A stretch of 62,367 bases of DNA, filler included, from Sphacelaria rigidula (Eukaryota), in NCBI GenBank assembly GCA_964200075.2. It is 9 parts of 9 records of this genome, joined end to end, with 100 filler letters (N's around TTAATTAATTAA, not from the genome) between each part and the next. Parts side by side here need not be neighbours in the genome. Positions count along the whole stretch, not along the records: positions 20,826 to 27,666 come from CAXNAA020017817.1; positions 27,767 to 34,607 come from CAXNAA020017818.1; positions 34,708 to 41,548 come from CAXNAA020017819.1; 6 more parts are not named here. One strand, 5' to 3'. The notes below the pieces were generated by a model. It saw nothing but the letters and a program-made list of their open reading frames with translations, was not told where the DNA came from and did not search any database. The position numbers were made by a program, and so were the translations under genes. Below are positions 24,472 through 36,940 of this stretch, piece by piece (within the stretch, counting starts at the first letter, position 1; each line of letters begins with the position of its first letter).

Positions 24472-24597
24472 GTGGATGCCTGTAAGGAGGTGGAATTGGT
24501 AGGCGCCGCGCTTCAGGGACTGCTCCTGGACTTTAGATTGTGGTCAGACGCCGGAGTGGAAGCGCAGGCACTGCTTTTGGAGGGCATCTCGTCAGTG
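24472..24597 (+). CDS. BEACH-family protein exon: VDACKEVELVGAALQGLLLDFRLWSDAGVEAQALLLEGISSV
   Basis: tag| acceptor and |gtaagt donor, 126 nt, phase 0; LLLDFRLWS resembles NBEAL LLFNF.LW. Confidence 0.75.
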
Positions 24598-25088
24598 GTA
24601 AGTTTTTTTATTCTTTGCTGCACACTCTTTGCTCAAGTTTTTTCGCTCGAGTTTTACCGTCCTGAAAACACAGTGGGGGGATCATCCGCATATCTAGTTG
24701 TATCACCCCTGAGGAGTGTTATCGTCTCATTCATTTTGGACGCCGGTCTACACCTTGCAGTATATGTGGGCGCACCAGCCGGGGTCACCCCTGAGGAGCA
24801 TAGCTCAAAGAATACGCGACAAGGCCTTAATCTACGGGAACGGTTTTCCTGGAATCAGTTTTCCACGACCAAACCTAATTTTCAAAGTGACGTTTTGCTG
24901 TCGTGTTTGTCCTCCGCTTATTCTCTATTCCATCCCCCCCCTCTTTCTCGATTCTGTTTGGCGAGTGCTCCGTTCTAGTACCTTGCGCGCGTCTATCTCG
25001 TGAACACAGCTGGATGAATAAAACCGCCGCTGCTGCCGACCACAATGACCCTTCCCCACCCCACCCCCCTCCCCCCCAAAACAAACAG

Positions 25089-26011
25089 GCGGAGAGACGA
25101 GTTGTTCAGCTCCGAGCGTTCGTGGGACCCCAGCTTCTTCTCGACGTCCTGCGCGTGCATGTCTGCACGTCCGCTCAACCTAGCCCCAAGAACCCGCGCG
25201 CTTCACGCAAGCGCCATTCTTCGACGGCGTCCGCTGCTGCTGCCATCTCCGCGTCGCCCAGCATTGCCGCTCCTACGCACGCTGCCGACGGAGCGGTCAT
25301 CTGCTACCCAGTGACGACGACGCCCGGTTCGTCGTCGCAGAAGAAGGGCGGCGACGGTGACGGCGTCACTGGGGAAAGTAAGCCACAGGATAATAAGTTG
25401 TTGTCGGGCGGCGGCGATGCTAGCGGTGAACAAAAATCGCAGTCAACAGCGGCAGCAGCCGCACCGTCCAAGGACCCCCTGGAAAGGTGCATCGGAGCGT
25501 GCATGCGCATGCTGCAGGCAATGCTAAGCTCCGAACTTCGCCACTCGCCCGGCGTGACGATGGAGGCGTCGGCGGTTGGGGCGGGGGGTGGGAGCGACGG
25601 TGTAACAAGCACCTCGCCCGCAGCGGGCGGTGGCGCCGGTGATACCGGAAGATCTCTGGAAAGCGGCGCCGGTTCACGTTCGCGACGAGACAGCGCATAC
25701 GGGGGAACAGCAGCGGCAGCAGCAGATACGTTCAACCAGTTGGCGTTTTTGGAAGGTGGATTCGGGGATATCATGGACGTTGGCGACGGGCAAGGTGGTG
25801 CAGAGGGAGACTGTGAGGGAGGTCCTGAAGGTGGAGGAGGTGCTGGTGGTTATTGGGGAGGAGCGCTCGGAGGTGGAAGGGGCAGCGGGCTCGATGCGGC
25901 CGTGGTGTGCCTACAGGAGTGCAACAGTTCGATCCTGCGGAGGGGGTTGCTGAGGGTGCTGCTTGGGTTGAGGGACGAGGTGGCGGTGCCTTTACGGCGC
26001 GAGCTTCTTCG
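25089..26011 (+). CDS. BEACH-family protein, large exon (AERRVVQLRAFVGPQLLLDVLRVH plus Gly/Ala-rich inserts)
   Basis: cag| acceptor and |gtaatt donor, 923 nt ending phase 2; G.Q.LLD.LR.H motif as in NBEAL; GC-rich coding bias. Confidence 0.8.
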
Positions 26012-26838
26012 GTAATTCTTTTTTTCCTTCTGCCGTTTCCAATGTTGATATACTATAATTACGCTGCTGCTAATATAATACATTCATCCATTTCTTTTTC
26101 TTTTTTGCTTTTATGGAGGTTTGGAGGCTTGAGACGTTTTGAATGCGTTTTTTTATAAGGTTTGAGGATGCATGTCTGTGTAGCGTTTTTTCTCGTGTTT
26201 TTCTTGTTTTTGGCATGAATTCGTTTTTGAATTTTATTTTTCCGTGTGAGAACGTTGTGTGTCTCCTGTAACCCTGCATGAAGCAAATAGATGCTTTTTC
26301 GCTGAGCAAATGTTGGTTTGGTACATACAAAAGGGTAGAACTCTCCCCCGTGCTTGATAGTCTCGTAAGGCTGCTGACCCGTGAAGTATCAATCTCCGTG
26401 TTAATTTTATATTGATGTTATAAACCACCCTTCCTCTGACTTTGAAAATATTGGGATATTGGACCTTTACTAATAAAAAACACTTTGTACATTCAAGAGT
26501 CCGACTTGAACAAAAAAAAAAGTTCGCTTTGATTTCCATCAAATGGTCTTGGAAAAATGGCGATGGACTTCGCACGCCCTCCGTAAAAAAAAGAAAAAGG
26601 AATCAAAGCCAAACTTTCCCTCCTCACAAAGTAATGTTCCTTACTTCACTTATGTATATTTCGGGGAAACAAATAATCTTGTTCGCCTGATACGGTCGAC
26701 CGACCTATGACCTATGGTCTTGCTCTTTAAAAAAAAAAAAAAAAATTACCAACATATTTGTTTATTTTTCCTCACGTATACAGTTTAATAACGTGCGTGT
26801 TTGTCTTTGTGTCACGACGTTTAACCACATTCACGTAG

Positions 26839-27334
26839 GTCCATGTTCCTTTGGGAAGCAGCTCCAACCCTCCTATCCCGCAAGGGCTACGCCACGAACG
26901 TTCGGCGCGACTGTCTCGCTCTCGCCCTGTGGCTCATCACCGAAACACACGCCACCGGGGAAGAACGACTGCTGTCCCCGCAGGCCAAAATACGCCGACA
27001 GTCAGCCGCCGCAGTGGCAGCAGCGCCGTCTGCTGCGTCCATCACCGTTGCCCCTAACCTGGCTGCGGCCTATAGTGCCGAATTGCTCGTGAAGGATGGG
27101 GGAAGCGGAGGGGAAGGAGGGGGGGTGTCCCCTCTCGGTACTGCCGGAGGTGGAGGTGGCGGGAAGGGTGACGGTTCGTCGAGCGCGGGAGAAGCTGGCG
27201 AGATAAAGCCCGGTTCGTTGCGTGCAGGCGGGGAGAAAGGGGAAGCGGGTTCATCGTCGGCGGCGGCGGCGGCGGCGGCGGCGATAGCGGCGGAGTCTTG
27301 TCGCGAGCAGTACCGGACAGCGCACCTTGCCTTG
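26839..27334 (+). CDS. Same gene, next exon (SMFLWEAAPTLLSRKG...); 3' boundary 27334 or 27412
   Basis: tag| acceptor is phase-compatible with the previous exon; open GC-rich frame; candidate donors |gtgggt and |gtatta. Confidence 0.7.
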
Positions 27335-28027
27335 GTGGGTGTCTGTCTCGTTGGGTTGTGGTGTGGATTGAGCTTTAAAGGGGGAGATTTACACACCCTG
27401 GATCATGACAAAGTATTATTTTGTCAACAATTGTACTGCGTACAGTATGGAACCTTTTGTCCGTTGCAATAGGCGCAATAATCTATGCTGTACGCAGTAC
27501 ACTACTTGACTGTATTCTGTTGTCCAGGGTATGGAGATGTGCCGGTGTATGTATGTATGTCTTCGCGTCGGGACGGGGGGGGGGGGGGGGAGAATAAAGG
27601 AGGAGGGGAGGGGGGGGAAAGTGGGAAGGGTTGGGTGGTTGAAAACCCCCAAAAAAAAAAAAAAAANNNNNNNNNNNNNNNNNNNNNNNNNNNNNNNNNN
27701 NNNNNNNNNNTTAATTAATTAANNNNNNNNNNNNNNNNNNNNNNNNNNNNNNNNNNNNNNNNNNNNTAATGCATGGAGCATAATAAAAAATCGTGAAGAA
27801 GTTTTTTCTTCCTTTTCCCGTGAGTTAAGGGCAATAATCAGTTTTCAGGATTCAGCAAAACGCCCTCATCTCACGAAAAAAAAAACTCCATGTGCTTCTT
27901 CACGATTTTTTATCATGCCCCATGCATTATCCATACCAAATTTCAGTGTCTAACTTCAAATATTGGCCGGCGTATCCGCCTGCAAACGTTCATGCAGCCT
28001 CTAGGCTGGCCCAGCTCGTACCGCGAG

Positions 28028-28554
28028 TAGGCTTCTGCTTCTTATGCGTTTTCTTCTTTTTTTTTATGCTCGTTTTTCCATTTTTCCTCATGTGTTCCAA
28101 AGTAAGCATTATGCGCCGATTTATGCGTCTTATGGTGAAATATGCGTGACTTATGCGCCTTTTTCGCGTCTTTCTTGAGGCGGTTCCTGGCGGGTTCCTC
28201 TGTTTGAGGTGAAATATGACACATTTGTTTTGTAAATCAGTTTCACATGAACATAAAGGAGCTCGGATACAGCACCATAACCGATATCAGACCCGCAACG
28301 AAGTTCAAAAAAAGAAATTTCGAACAAAAACGCCACTACTCAACGAACCACGCCACATGGAGCACCCGTGGGCAGCTGCTAGCTACTGGACATGGGGTAC
28401 ATAATCCCGTTGGAGTATTATATGCGCCGAGTTATGGGTAAATTTTTTTTGCCTTTGTTATGCTGAAATCTGCAAAAACATATGTTCGCATATGCTTACG
28501 CGCAAAACCCCGTTTTATGCGAAATTATATGTGCGCATAGAAAGCAAAAGCCTA
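28028..28554. mobile_element. Non-autonomous hAT-like element
   Basis: TIRs TAGGCTTCTGCTT / AAGCAAAAGCCTA; perfect 8-bp TSD ACCGCGAG at 28020-28027 and 28555-28562. Confidence 0.9.
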
Positions 28555-29164
28555 ACCGCGAGGTTAGTCTTCTGTTGAATCGGCATCAATTTCAAGTGAA
28601 AAAAAGTATGCATGATCCAGAAAGACTAATCTCGCGGTCGAAGGGTCAAGTCGAACTTTGTGTGCCCACGACCCACGACATGGTCGCTCTCCTCTGTCTG
28701 TTGGGCATGGTCTGAGGAACTATCTTAGGTCGTGTGACTTCACCGAGATTACGACCCAACCGTCAGAAGAATTCGGGGTCACCAGCTGTGCCACCGAGGC
28801 AATCGCCTACAGGATTGCACTGGGAAATGACTAGTGACTGCTGCTCCCTTGCGGTCGAAGAGTAAAAAAGAATCAAAATACATTCCAGCACAACCATGCC
28901 TCGACGTTATTTTTTACTCAAAAATCAGCTTCCGCCGCGCTTCTTCTGTATCATCAACGAGCATCATTTGCTACTCGTTTTTTTTCTTGCCAACACATTT
29001 ACTTTTGTTCGGCGCAGGAGTTCCGTTGTGGTGTCGTCTTTTGTCCTCTACATATGTGCGGCAGCACACACCTGTCATTTCACAGCAGTGGTGACCCCTC
29101 TTCGGGCAGGAGATACCAACAACGTGAGAAATAGAGGTCACTCAACGGAGACCTACGGCGGTGA

Positions 29165-29273
29165 ATGGCGAGCGCCGGCGGTGGGAAAGGCAATGATGGC
29201 CCGCCTGGTAGCGATGTGCAGAGGAGCCCTGACGGCCTAGGGAGCACTGGCCCCCGTGCACCAAGCGAAGAAG
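29165..29273 (+). CDS. Probable first coding exon of the Gly/Arg-rich protein: MASAGGGKGNDGPPGSDVQRSPDGLGSTGPRAPSEE(G)
   Basis: ATG-initiated, donor |gtgggc phase 1, phase-compatible with the exon at 30648. Confidence 0.65.
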
Positions 29274-30647
29274 GTGGGCAAAAAGAAAAAAACTTGGCAC
29301 GAGCAGCTGGTAGCTCTCGTGGTAACCCGTATGACGAAGAGTAGCTTGTCATTTCTGACACAAGTTAAGGATGTCCGTATTATCACCTCCTTAAGATTGT
29401 AGGGTGAAACGCGGGGTGTATGACCCTTCTTTCTCCCCGCCCCCCCGCCCCCACTCCTTTCAAGACTACAAGATAAGCATTACGTGGGAGAGTAGCGAAA
29501 CGGACCAAGGTTCAGTTTGCGCACGGGTGATAAATACCGTATTTCCACAGTAAACTTTGCGGCAACAAGGACATTGCCGTTTCCGAACAAGGCTCGTTTG
29601 TGTGTGTGTGTGCGCGCGCGCCTTGCCCGCTGCTGCAAAATTTGGAGGAGAAACTACCTGGAGTATGACCGATAAGACGAAAGTATTCGTAGTCTATTTC
29701 ACGCACGCTCCGTTGCATTGTCTTGTCCTTGATGTCATGGCTGCCGTTGTGGAAACACGGTGCGCCGTGTGTGTGCACCCCTGAACATCGCCACAGCTGC
29801 ATTAGGGGATGGCTGTGTCTGTATCGAAGTGTGAGCGCTGGAACGCCCCGGCAGTTACAGTCAATGGCTATTGTTGAATAATGTATTTGGTGTCGCATGT
29901 GAGCCAAAGTATCCGTCCGTCTATCGCGGGCTGACAATCGTAGGGTCAAACAGTCACGCAAATCTTAAGTGGTACCATTATAGCTGTCCTGTAGATGTAC
30001 TACTGTACTGTGCTGTACCTCGTGGTCCCTGGTAAGGGTCCACAGGAACATACTCGAGAGAGCCGTACACACCGTTTCAACGTCCGACCGACTTCCCCGC
30101 TGCAACCAATCCACAGCACGCCCCTCTATGAACCTGACTAGACATGAGCGAGATGCCATCGGTCTAACCTGTGCCTAACAACAGTGTGTGTGCTTTTCCC
30201 CCTCCAATTGAGCCACGGATTGTTGCAAAGCAAGACACTTCACTTTCCCAAGAGACGCGCTTCTCGTCGGCGTGACGATAACCGCGTCCTTGGTTGTCAA
30301 CACTTGGAGATATACGCTTGAAAAACTCATCGCAGAGGGGGGGGGGGAGAAGAGGAAGGGTGTAATGCTCATCCGTCGCCCGCGGTAGGCGGCTGAATAG
30401 CGTTTTCTCGCAGGGTTTGGTATTGCCAAACGATTGAAACAGAGTGAACATCCCCAGCATATTGGCGGGAGGATCGGCCGAGCGACCTGCAGCCTGGGTC
30501 GAACGCAAGGGCTGCAGCGGAAGCCAAAATTCGGGGTAGCCTGTAGACCAGTAGTATGCTGTGCTCCCATCCACTGCCTCTCTCCTGATGCCCTCATTCT
30601 ACCGTCCACACGTGTCGTGAAACCGAACCTACGCTCGTTTATTCCAG

Positions 30648-32274
30648 GAGAAATCCCTGACGACTCTTCGCCAAGCGGTAACAACCATCCCCGCGTGCCC
30701 ACACCAGACACTGAGCCACCCAATGACGATACTTCGTCAGCAGGCTTCGGTGCGGTTGGCAGCGGTGGCGGCAGTGGCGGGGGTAGTTCTGGCAGCACCG
30801 GCGGCGGCAGCGGTGGTGGCTATGACAGCCGCCATCGTCATGGAAACTGGACAGCTAATCACGCCGACTCATCATCTGGTGGTGCACGGCGAGATGGCGG
30901 CGGCGGGTTTTCTTCAGGTAGATATGGGGACGATATGGTAGCGGCGTCGTGCAACACTCCCGGAGGAAATGCAGTAGGCGGCGGAGGCACGATCGGGAAT
31001 GGCTTCGGGACCTTGGCTGCCGGCGGCCGATTAGCGGGAGGAGCGCCTCCTCGAACGTCATCGCAAACACCACCCCAACAAGGCGGTGGGGGGGCAAGCT
31101 GGTACGGGGCGGGAAGCGAGAGGGGTGGCGGAGGCGCCGGTGGCTCCGGGGGTTCATCCCTTGATCGTCGTAGGGGTAACGGCGCTGATGGTGGTGGGGC
31201 AGCAGGTAATTCACGAGATTCTCGGAGTGATGACGGAGGCAGCAGTAACAGAAGCGGCGACCGTCCGGAGTGGGGCGAGCGCGACGGCCGGGACTCGCGC
31301 GGCCGGGCGCCTTCTGGGGCAGGACTAGGCCGGGATGGACGCCGCAGCTTTCGGGACCTAGACGACGGTGGCGGCGGAAGTGGTAACGGTCGGGATTCCG
31401 ACCGCCCTCGCTCTCCCCGCGACCGCGAGCCGCGGGGTCGGTCCAGAGATCGGGATGGCATTGACCTGCATATGGAACGCAACAGCGGACTGGACATGGG
31501 CGGCCGCGGCGGCGGTGGCATGGGAGGCGGCATCGGTGGAGGCGGTGGCTTCCCGAATCGCTTCGACGGTCGACCTGGTGGACCGTTCCGAGCCGACACG
31601 GGGGGTATGGGGGGGCGTATGGTGCGTCGTGGCGGCGGCATGGCGGGTCGCTGGGGCCTCAGCAATAGAGGCGGTGGCGGGCGAGTAGGCGGGCGCCGTG
31701 GTGGCGGATGTATAGGCGGCGGTGGCCGGGGCGGAGGCTTTGGCCTAGAGCCCGGTGTTGGTCGAATGGTAGGAGGAGGGGTCGGCAGCGGCAGCGGTGG
31801 CTATGCTGAAATGAGCTACGCTGATCTGGCGGCGCGGCCAGGGGGCGGCGGCAGCGGTAGCGCTGGCGGAGGTGGCGCTGGAGGCGGCGCCGGGGGTGAT
31901 CATGAAGGTGGCCGTGGCGGCAGCGCCGGCGGCGGATCGGGAGGCACCGGCGGTTACGCGGACTTCGCGATTATGCCGCCGCGCCGGAGGGCTTCCTCGG
32001 GCAGTATGCTCGGTAGCGGCAGCGGCAGCGGAGACGATGGGCGACGGCGGGGCAGCTCAGGAAATCTTGGCGCCATGGCGGGGGATATTAACGCGGGAGA
32101 AGATGAGTGGGGAAGAAGGGGTCACACTGTGGGAGGTGGCGGTGGCGATAGGAAGCCTTCTGGGCGCGGTGTGGATGAGCGGGTATCGGGGGAAGGGGGG
32201 CCGCTGGAGCTGCAGGGACGGAGGGGGGTCGTTGCTTCTTGGGGGGATAGAGACCCGCAAAAAGAAAGGCGCAG
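30648..32274 (+). CDS. Large low-complexity exon, RGG/RS/RD-rich, probable nuclear RNA-binding protein N-terminus
   Basis: cag| acceptor and |gtgaat donor; 1.6-kb open GC-rich frame with RSPRDREPRGRSRDRD and many RGG repeats. Confidence 0.85.
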
Positions 32275-34299
32275 GTGAATTTTTCCTTCTGCAGTCTAGT
32301 GCGAATCTCTTACAGTAAGACGGCAATATGTTTACATGTAACACGCTTGAAAATCATGTTCTTCACCTGCGAGATGGTTACGGAGAGGAAGAGAGTAGTG
32401 TAGGCATTAGTCAGCCATGATCGGTCGCATGTCCGTAGTGAGGCTTTTAAGGGGCAAGGAAAATATTGAAATCGAACAATGGTGCCGGGCCCCGACACCG
32501 ACAACAACTGTAAGCTTCATGCTGTCCTTCCTGTCAAAACCTCAAAACAGACTCGCTTCCAAGTTATACGAAACTCGACGCTACTCGTCGGTATACAATG
32601 TTGTTCCCACAGCAATTATTATCTGGGAAAAGATCCGCACGAGGTCTGAGGTGAAGTGTGCAATCTGCCCCGCCGCCTTTCACCTCACAGGTTAAGGATT
32701 GTGTACGAGAGTATTGAAACTAACCCATGTTCAAATTGCCGTTTTGTTGGCGGGGAGGAAGCAGTGTAGGTCACCGTAGAGTTTGTGAGTGAAAATAACG
32801 TGTGGAGAAGAGTCATGTTGTGCACTGAAGTATTGAAGTGCTTCTATGAGCTATGCAGATTAACATGTTGGTGGTAGTTTTCAGCTCCCATTCTGAGATT
32901 TGCAATCAATGTAGGAGTCACACGGCGGACGATTGTACAGAGGAACAAGGTCGAGGCTACTGAGCAACATTAAAACTGACAACGCCTTTCCCGCACGGTC
33001 GGAACGGGGATGCCGTCCATTGTTCCCGTGGAACAAGTCGCCGATGATTGATCGCGAGTTCTCATTGGGGTTTTAAGCGGCAAGTAGACTTGGAATTGAA
33101 GAATGGTGCCGGGCTCGGCACCAGCCACTACTTCATGCCGTCAAAATTCCAAAAGCAGGTTTGCTTCTGGACTATGCGCAACTCGACGCTGTTCGTCTTG
33201 ATCCAGATCTTACTTCTCAGAAGATTATACAGGCTGGGCTACCGAAGAAACGGACTTTCCTTCAGCCCGGTTCAACTGACGATATATCGCGAGTTATGCC
33301 CACCATGACACATCGGGTTGATCTGCAAATCAGAGCTGACCAAATGTTGTTTCCCAGATAATCCAGATCTTGTGAAAAGACCCGTACAACGTCCGGGGTG
33401 CAAACAACGCTTCCAGACTATTTGCAACTCGATGCTATTCGTCTGGATCCAAACATTGTTCCTCGGAAGATTATGGCAGACTGCATTTGGAGCGGGACAG
33501 ATTCGCTTGGTAACTTACCAATCAGATCGCTCCATTCCGCTTGGGAATCGCCAGGGGAGTACTCTGATACAAAGTGTTCGTGCGGTCTGACTCGTAGCGC
33601 GTTTCAGCCCAAAATAGTATCAAAAATAAAACAGTATTGTACACCGAACACAAGACAGTAGTACGGTAGAGTGCAGGCGCCCAACGCATGGCACCAGCAG
33701 GAGTGTCGCAGTAACGGACAGCGCGTTGTTCGTTTCACCGAAGACGAAACGGTGGAAACACCCACACAGTTTCCAACAGTGTGCAGTCAGGACTGCGTGC
33801 CGACTAACGTTGTTTTCTGCAAAGACGAGCACGACGACAATATCGCAGCCCATGCAACCCAAACCATCTTCGCAGTGCGTGAACACACCACAACAGAACA
33901 GACAGTGGAAGCTCCGACACATGAGACAGGACTTGAGTGTTTTTGCTGCGGTACAGTAGTAAAACAGGACATGTCCCATGTTTTAGTCCTCCGCCTGATT
34001 TGTGGACAGGTCCTCAATTTGGGGCGAGTGCCGAGTTTGAGCGTTCGACCGTAGTCGCGCTTTTTTCAATTCACCTTGGGTTGGTTACCTGATTATTCGT
34101 GTGGGGGAGATCTGACCTGTGATACGGGCTTCGCCCGCTAATTTAAATGAGCAGGTTCTGTCCCGGTACATCTTCAGTCCGCCAAGATTATCTATTTTGT
34201 GAAAGGATCCGTACAAAATCCGTTTTTTTTTTTTTTCCTTGATGGAAGGAGGGAACCCAACCCAACACTTACCTCGCAAGCGAGTTCGTGTGCCGATTA

Positions 34300-34518
34300 C
34301 CGTAACTGTGCGAGTCATTGCATACCCCCTGGACCGAATTTCAAGGCTCGATTACTCCACAACAAGAAGAGCACCGGTTCTAAAAAGGGTGACGTTGGAA
34401 AGATCTCGTCCGTAGCTCTCCGAAAACGCGTCGTTTGGTAGTGGTAACCTCTTCGTCATGGAGTAATCGAGCTTTGAAATTCGGTCCAGGGGGTGTGCGA
34501 TGACTCGCACAATTACGG
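34300..34518. mobile_element. TA-flanked MITE (Tc1/mariner/pogo-type)
   Basis: About 60-bp TIRs CCGTAACTGTGCGAGTCAT.GCA.ACCCCCTGGACCGAATTTCAA.GCTCGATTACTCCA and its reverse complement; TA on both sides. Confidence 0.9.
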
Positions 34519-34884
34519 TACCCGAAGGCTCGGCTAGACTACATCGCGGCAGTCATATCGGAAAGGCTCCTTGAGCATTCGCAAGCTTTGCTCAAGGCAG
34601 TGTGGGGNNNNNNNNNNNNNNNNNNNNNNNNNNNNNNNNNNNNNNNNNNNNTTAATTAATTAANNNNNNNNNNNNNNNNNNNNNNNNNNNNNNNNNNNNN
34701 NNNNNNNTGGGGTCCGAAAAATCAATCCACGGGAGAAAATCGCCTGTAGATGGTCTGAAATCCTCATATTTGAAAAAATCGGGACTCGTTGCCATAAAAG
34801 TGGGTCTTACACCATTATATATATATATATATATATACAGTTTGGCTGTACATTTGAGGCCTGTACTCTTCTACAGTCGCAGAG

Positions 34885-36433
34885 GAATATCCGTGGGATG
34901 GCCGGGGTAGTAGTCAGTGAGATACACCTTGTGAGGATAATAAGGTACAGTAGTCTAGTGACATACCTCTTTAAGTTCCGGGTACTACGGGGGATGATTT
35001 TATACTGTGATGGTAGTGACTGGACATGTGTGAGTGCGTATGTTTGCCGTCTTGAGATCTTGGCCCCTACGCAGGTCACTCTCCCTCTCTTATTTCCGTT
35101 TCATCCAACGAAGCTTTATATACATTTCCACCACATCCTGAACGGCAGTCAGCCGTGTCCAAGGATCGACTATCACCACAGTCGTGTCCACTGATTGACT
35201 ATCGCAGTCGAGTCTGCACCCCATCCTCTCACGGGGGTCACGAAGCTACAAACTATGAATGTTACAGGGCATCAATTATTGAGATGGAGGGTGCTTCGAA
35301 GGCGTCGATGGAAATTGTTTGCGTCAATGACGCGTGAAGCAACGGAACAAAGCTTTATGCTTTGTCTTTCGTGTTTCGATCGACTTGTACAGCATGGGTT
35401 TGGCGTTCTGTGGAGGGCCGAAGCTCCTGAGAGCAGGGCGGCACGTGCACTGCGCCAAGTTGATGAGAAGAAGTTTAAGCGGGAGCATCCGCCACACTGC
35501 CTTGAGCCACCGCACGAGGCGCCTTCCCCACATGACTGCCGCGAGGTGGTCTAGTGTTGGGTTGGGTTTGCTCCTTCCGTAAGGAAAAAAACGAAACAAA
35601 AAACATGGCAGTCACAATTAATATGCAGTAAGTACTGCAGTACTGTTGTAGCGCTTTTTTGTCTCCCGTCTGCTTCGTTCGTTCGTCGTTACCTCGTGGT
35701 TCTGCAGTTTCCGTTTTTTTCGGTCGTAGCATGTAGGCCAACGGCTGGTCCGTCGAACGAGGAAAATGAAGAAAGAAAAAGGAGTTGTGGGTTATATACA
35801 GCGCGGGATGCAGAACTCCGGCGTGCCAAGCCCCAGTTGCCAATTGCTGATCGCATGATGAAGAGTATTTTGAACATGATATAGAACATGCTCATCACGT
35901 AAAAAGCACGCTCCTGTGGGAAGTGCTTGCTTGGTTCGGAGTCCCCCCGCGATGATACGCTCATCCGTGTGTTACACGACGGCATGCGAGCTGGGGTACA
36001 GCCGGATTGTGGCAAGCTATATCAGCAGCGTGATTCCACATCTACTAGGGACTCAGAGAAGGTTGCGTTTCGTCCCCGCTGTTATTGTTCAACGTCTTCA
36101 GAGCTGCCTTGGTCGACGCGTATTCCTAGGATGGCCAGGGTATTCAGTAAGATACACCATGTAAGGATGAGGTATAGTCGGTGCATACCTGTTTGAGTTC
36201 TGGCTCGTATTACACGGGATGACTCTATACCGTGTTAGGAGTGGCGGGACATACGTGAGTTTGTCGCATTGACACCTCGAGCCTGCGAGTTCAATTTATT
36301 TCCTTCACATCCAACGACGTTATAGTACACATTTCACCACATCTTGACCGGCAGTCAGGCGTGTCCACTGATCGACTATTATCACAGTCATGTCTGAACC
36401 CCATCCTCTCACGGGGGACACCAAGCTACAAAC
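34885..36433 (+). repeat. Pair of diverged direct repeats of about 315-370 bp (34885-35253 and 36118-36433)
   Basis: Shared GGATGGCC.GGGTA, AGATACACC, CACCACATC.TGA.CGGCAGTCAG, CCCCATCCTCTCACGGGG, AAGCTACAAAC. Confidence 0.75.
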
Positions 36434-36479
36434 AACGTGATCGTTGCGAGCGGTTCGCGAGGACCCAATTATCATCGTC

Positions 36480-36940
36480 TCAGACTTGGTTTTTCTAGAT
36501 GATGCGCCAAAAGGTGACTGAAGTAAACCCCTGGAAGAGACGCCGCTGGAAAGGGTGCGACGCGCGGTGTGGGCAATGCTTTATGCGGACGACGCCGGCA
36601 TAGTCTCGAGGACCTCAGATGGCCTTGCTTGAATAATGGCCGTGATACTGGTGACGTGCCAGGAATTCGGCCTGACGGTCTCCGAGAGCAAGACAGAGTC
36701 CATGCGTCCAGTCCCACGGAGGTCGCCCTGCACATCAAAGCCGCCGGTCAGCGGTACAAGCAGACGGAAGAGTTCGTCTACCTTGGTGCTACCAGCGCGA
36801 ATGCGAGAATATCCATCGAAATCAACCGCCGTACCAGCGCAGCGTGGGTGCGTATCCGAAAATATGATTCCCAACTCTACGTACGATCGACCCAATGTCC
36901 AGCTACCCTTGAAAGTCCGGCCTCTTGAAGGGGAGGTGAT
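36480..36940 (+). mobile_element. RTE-like LINE reverse-transcriptase fragment (degenerate)
   Basis: AVWAMLYADDAGIVSR...QEFGLTVSESKTESM...EEFVYLG with a stop and frameshifts. Confidence 0.85.

Noticed and set aside
30175..31665. Long minus-strand Pro-rich ORFs
   Set aside because: Antisense shadows of the GC-rich Gly/Arg exon.
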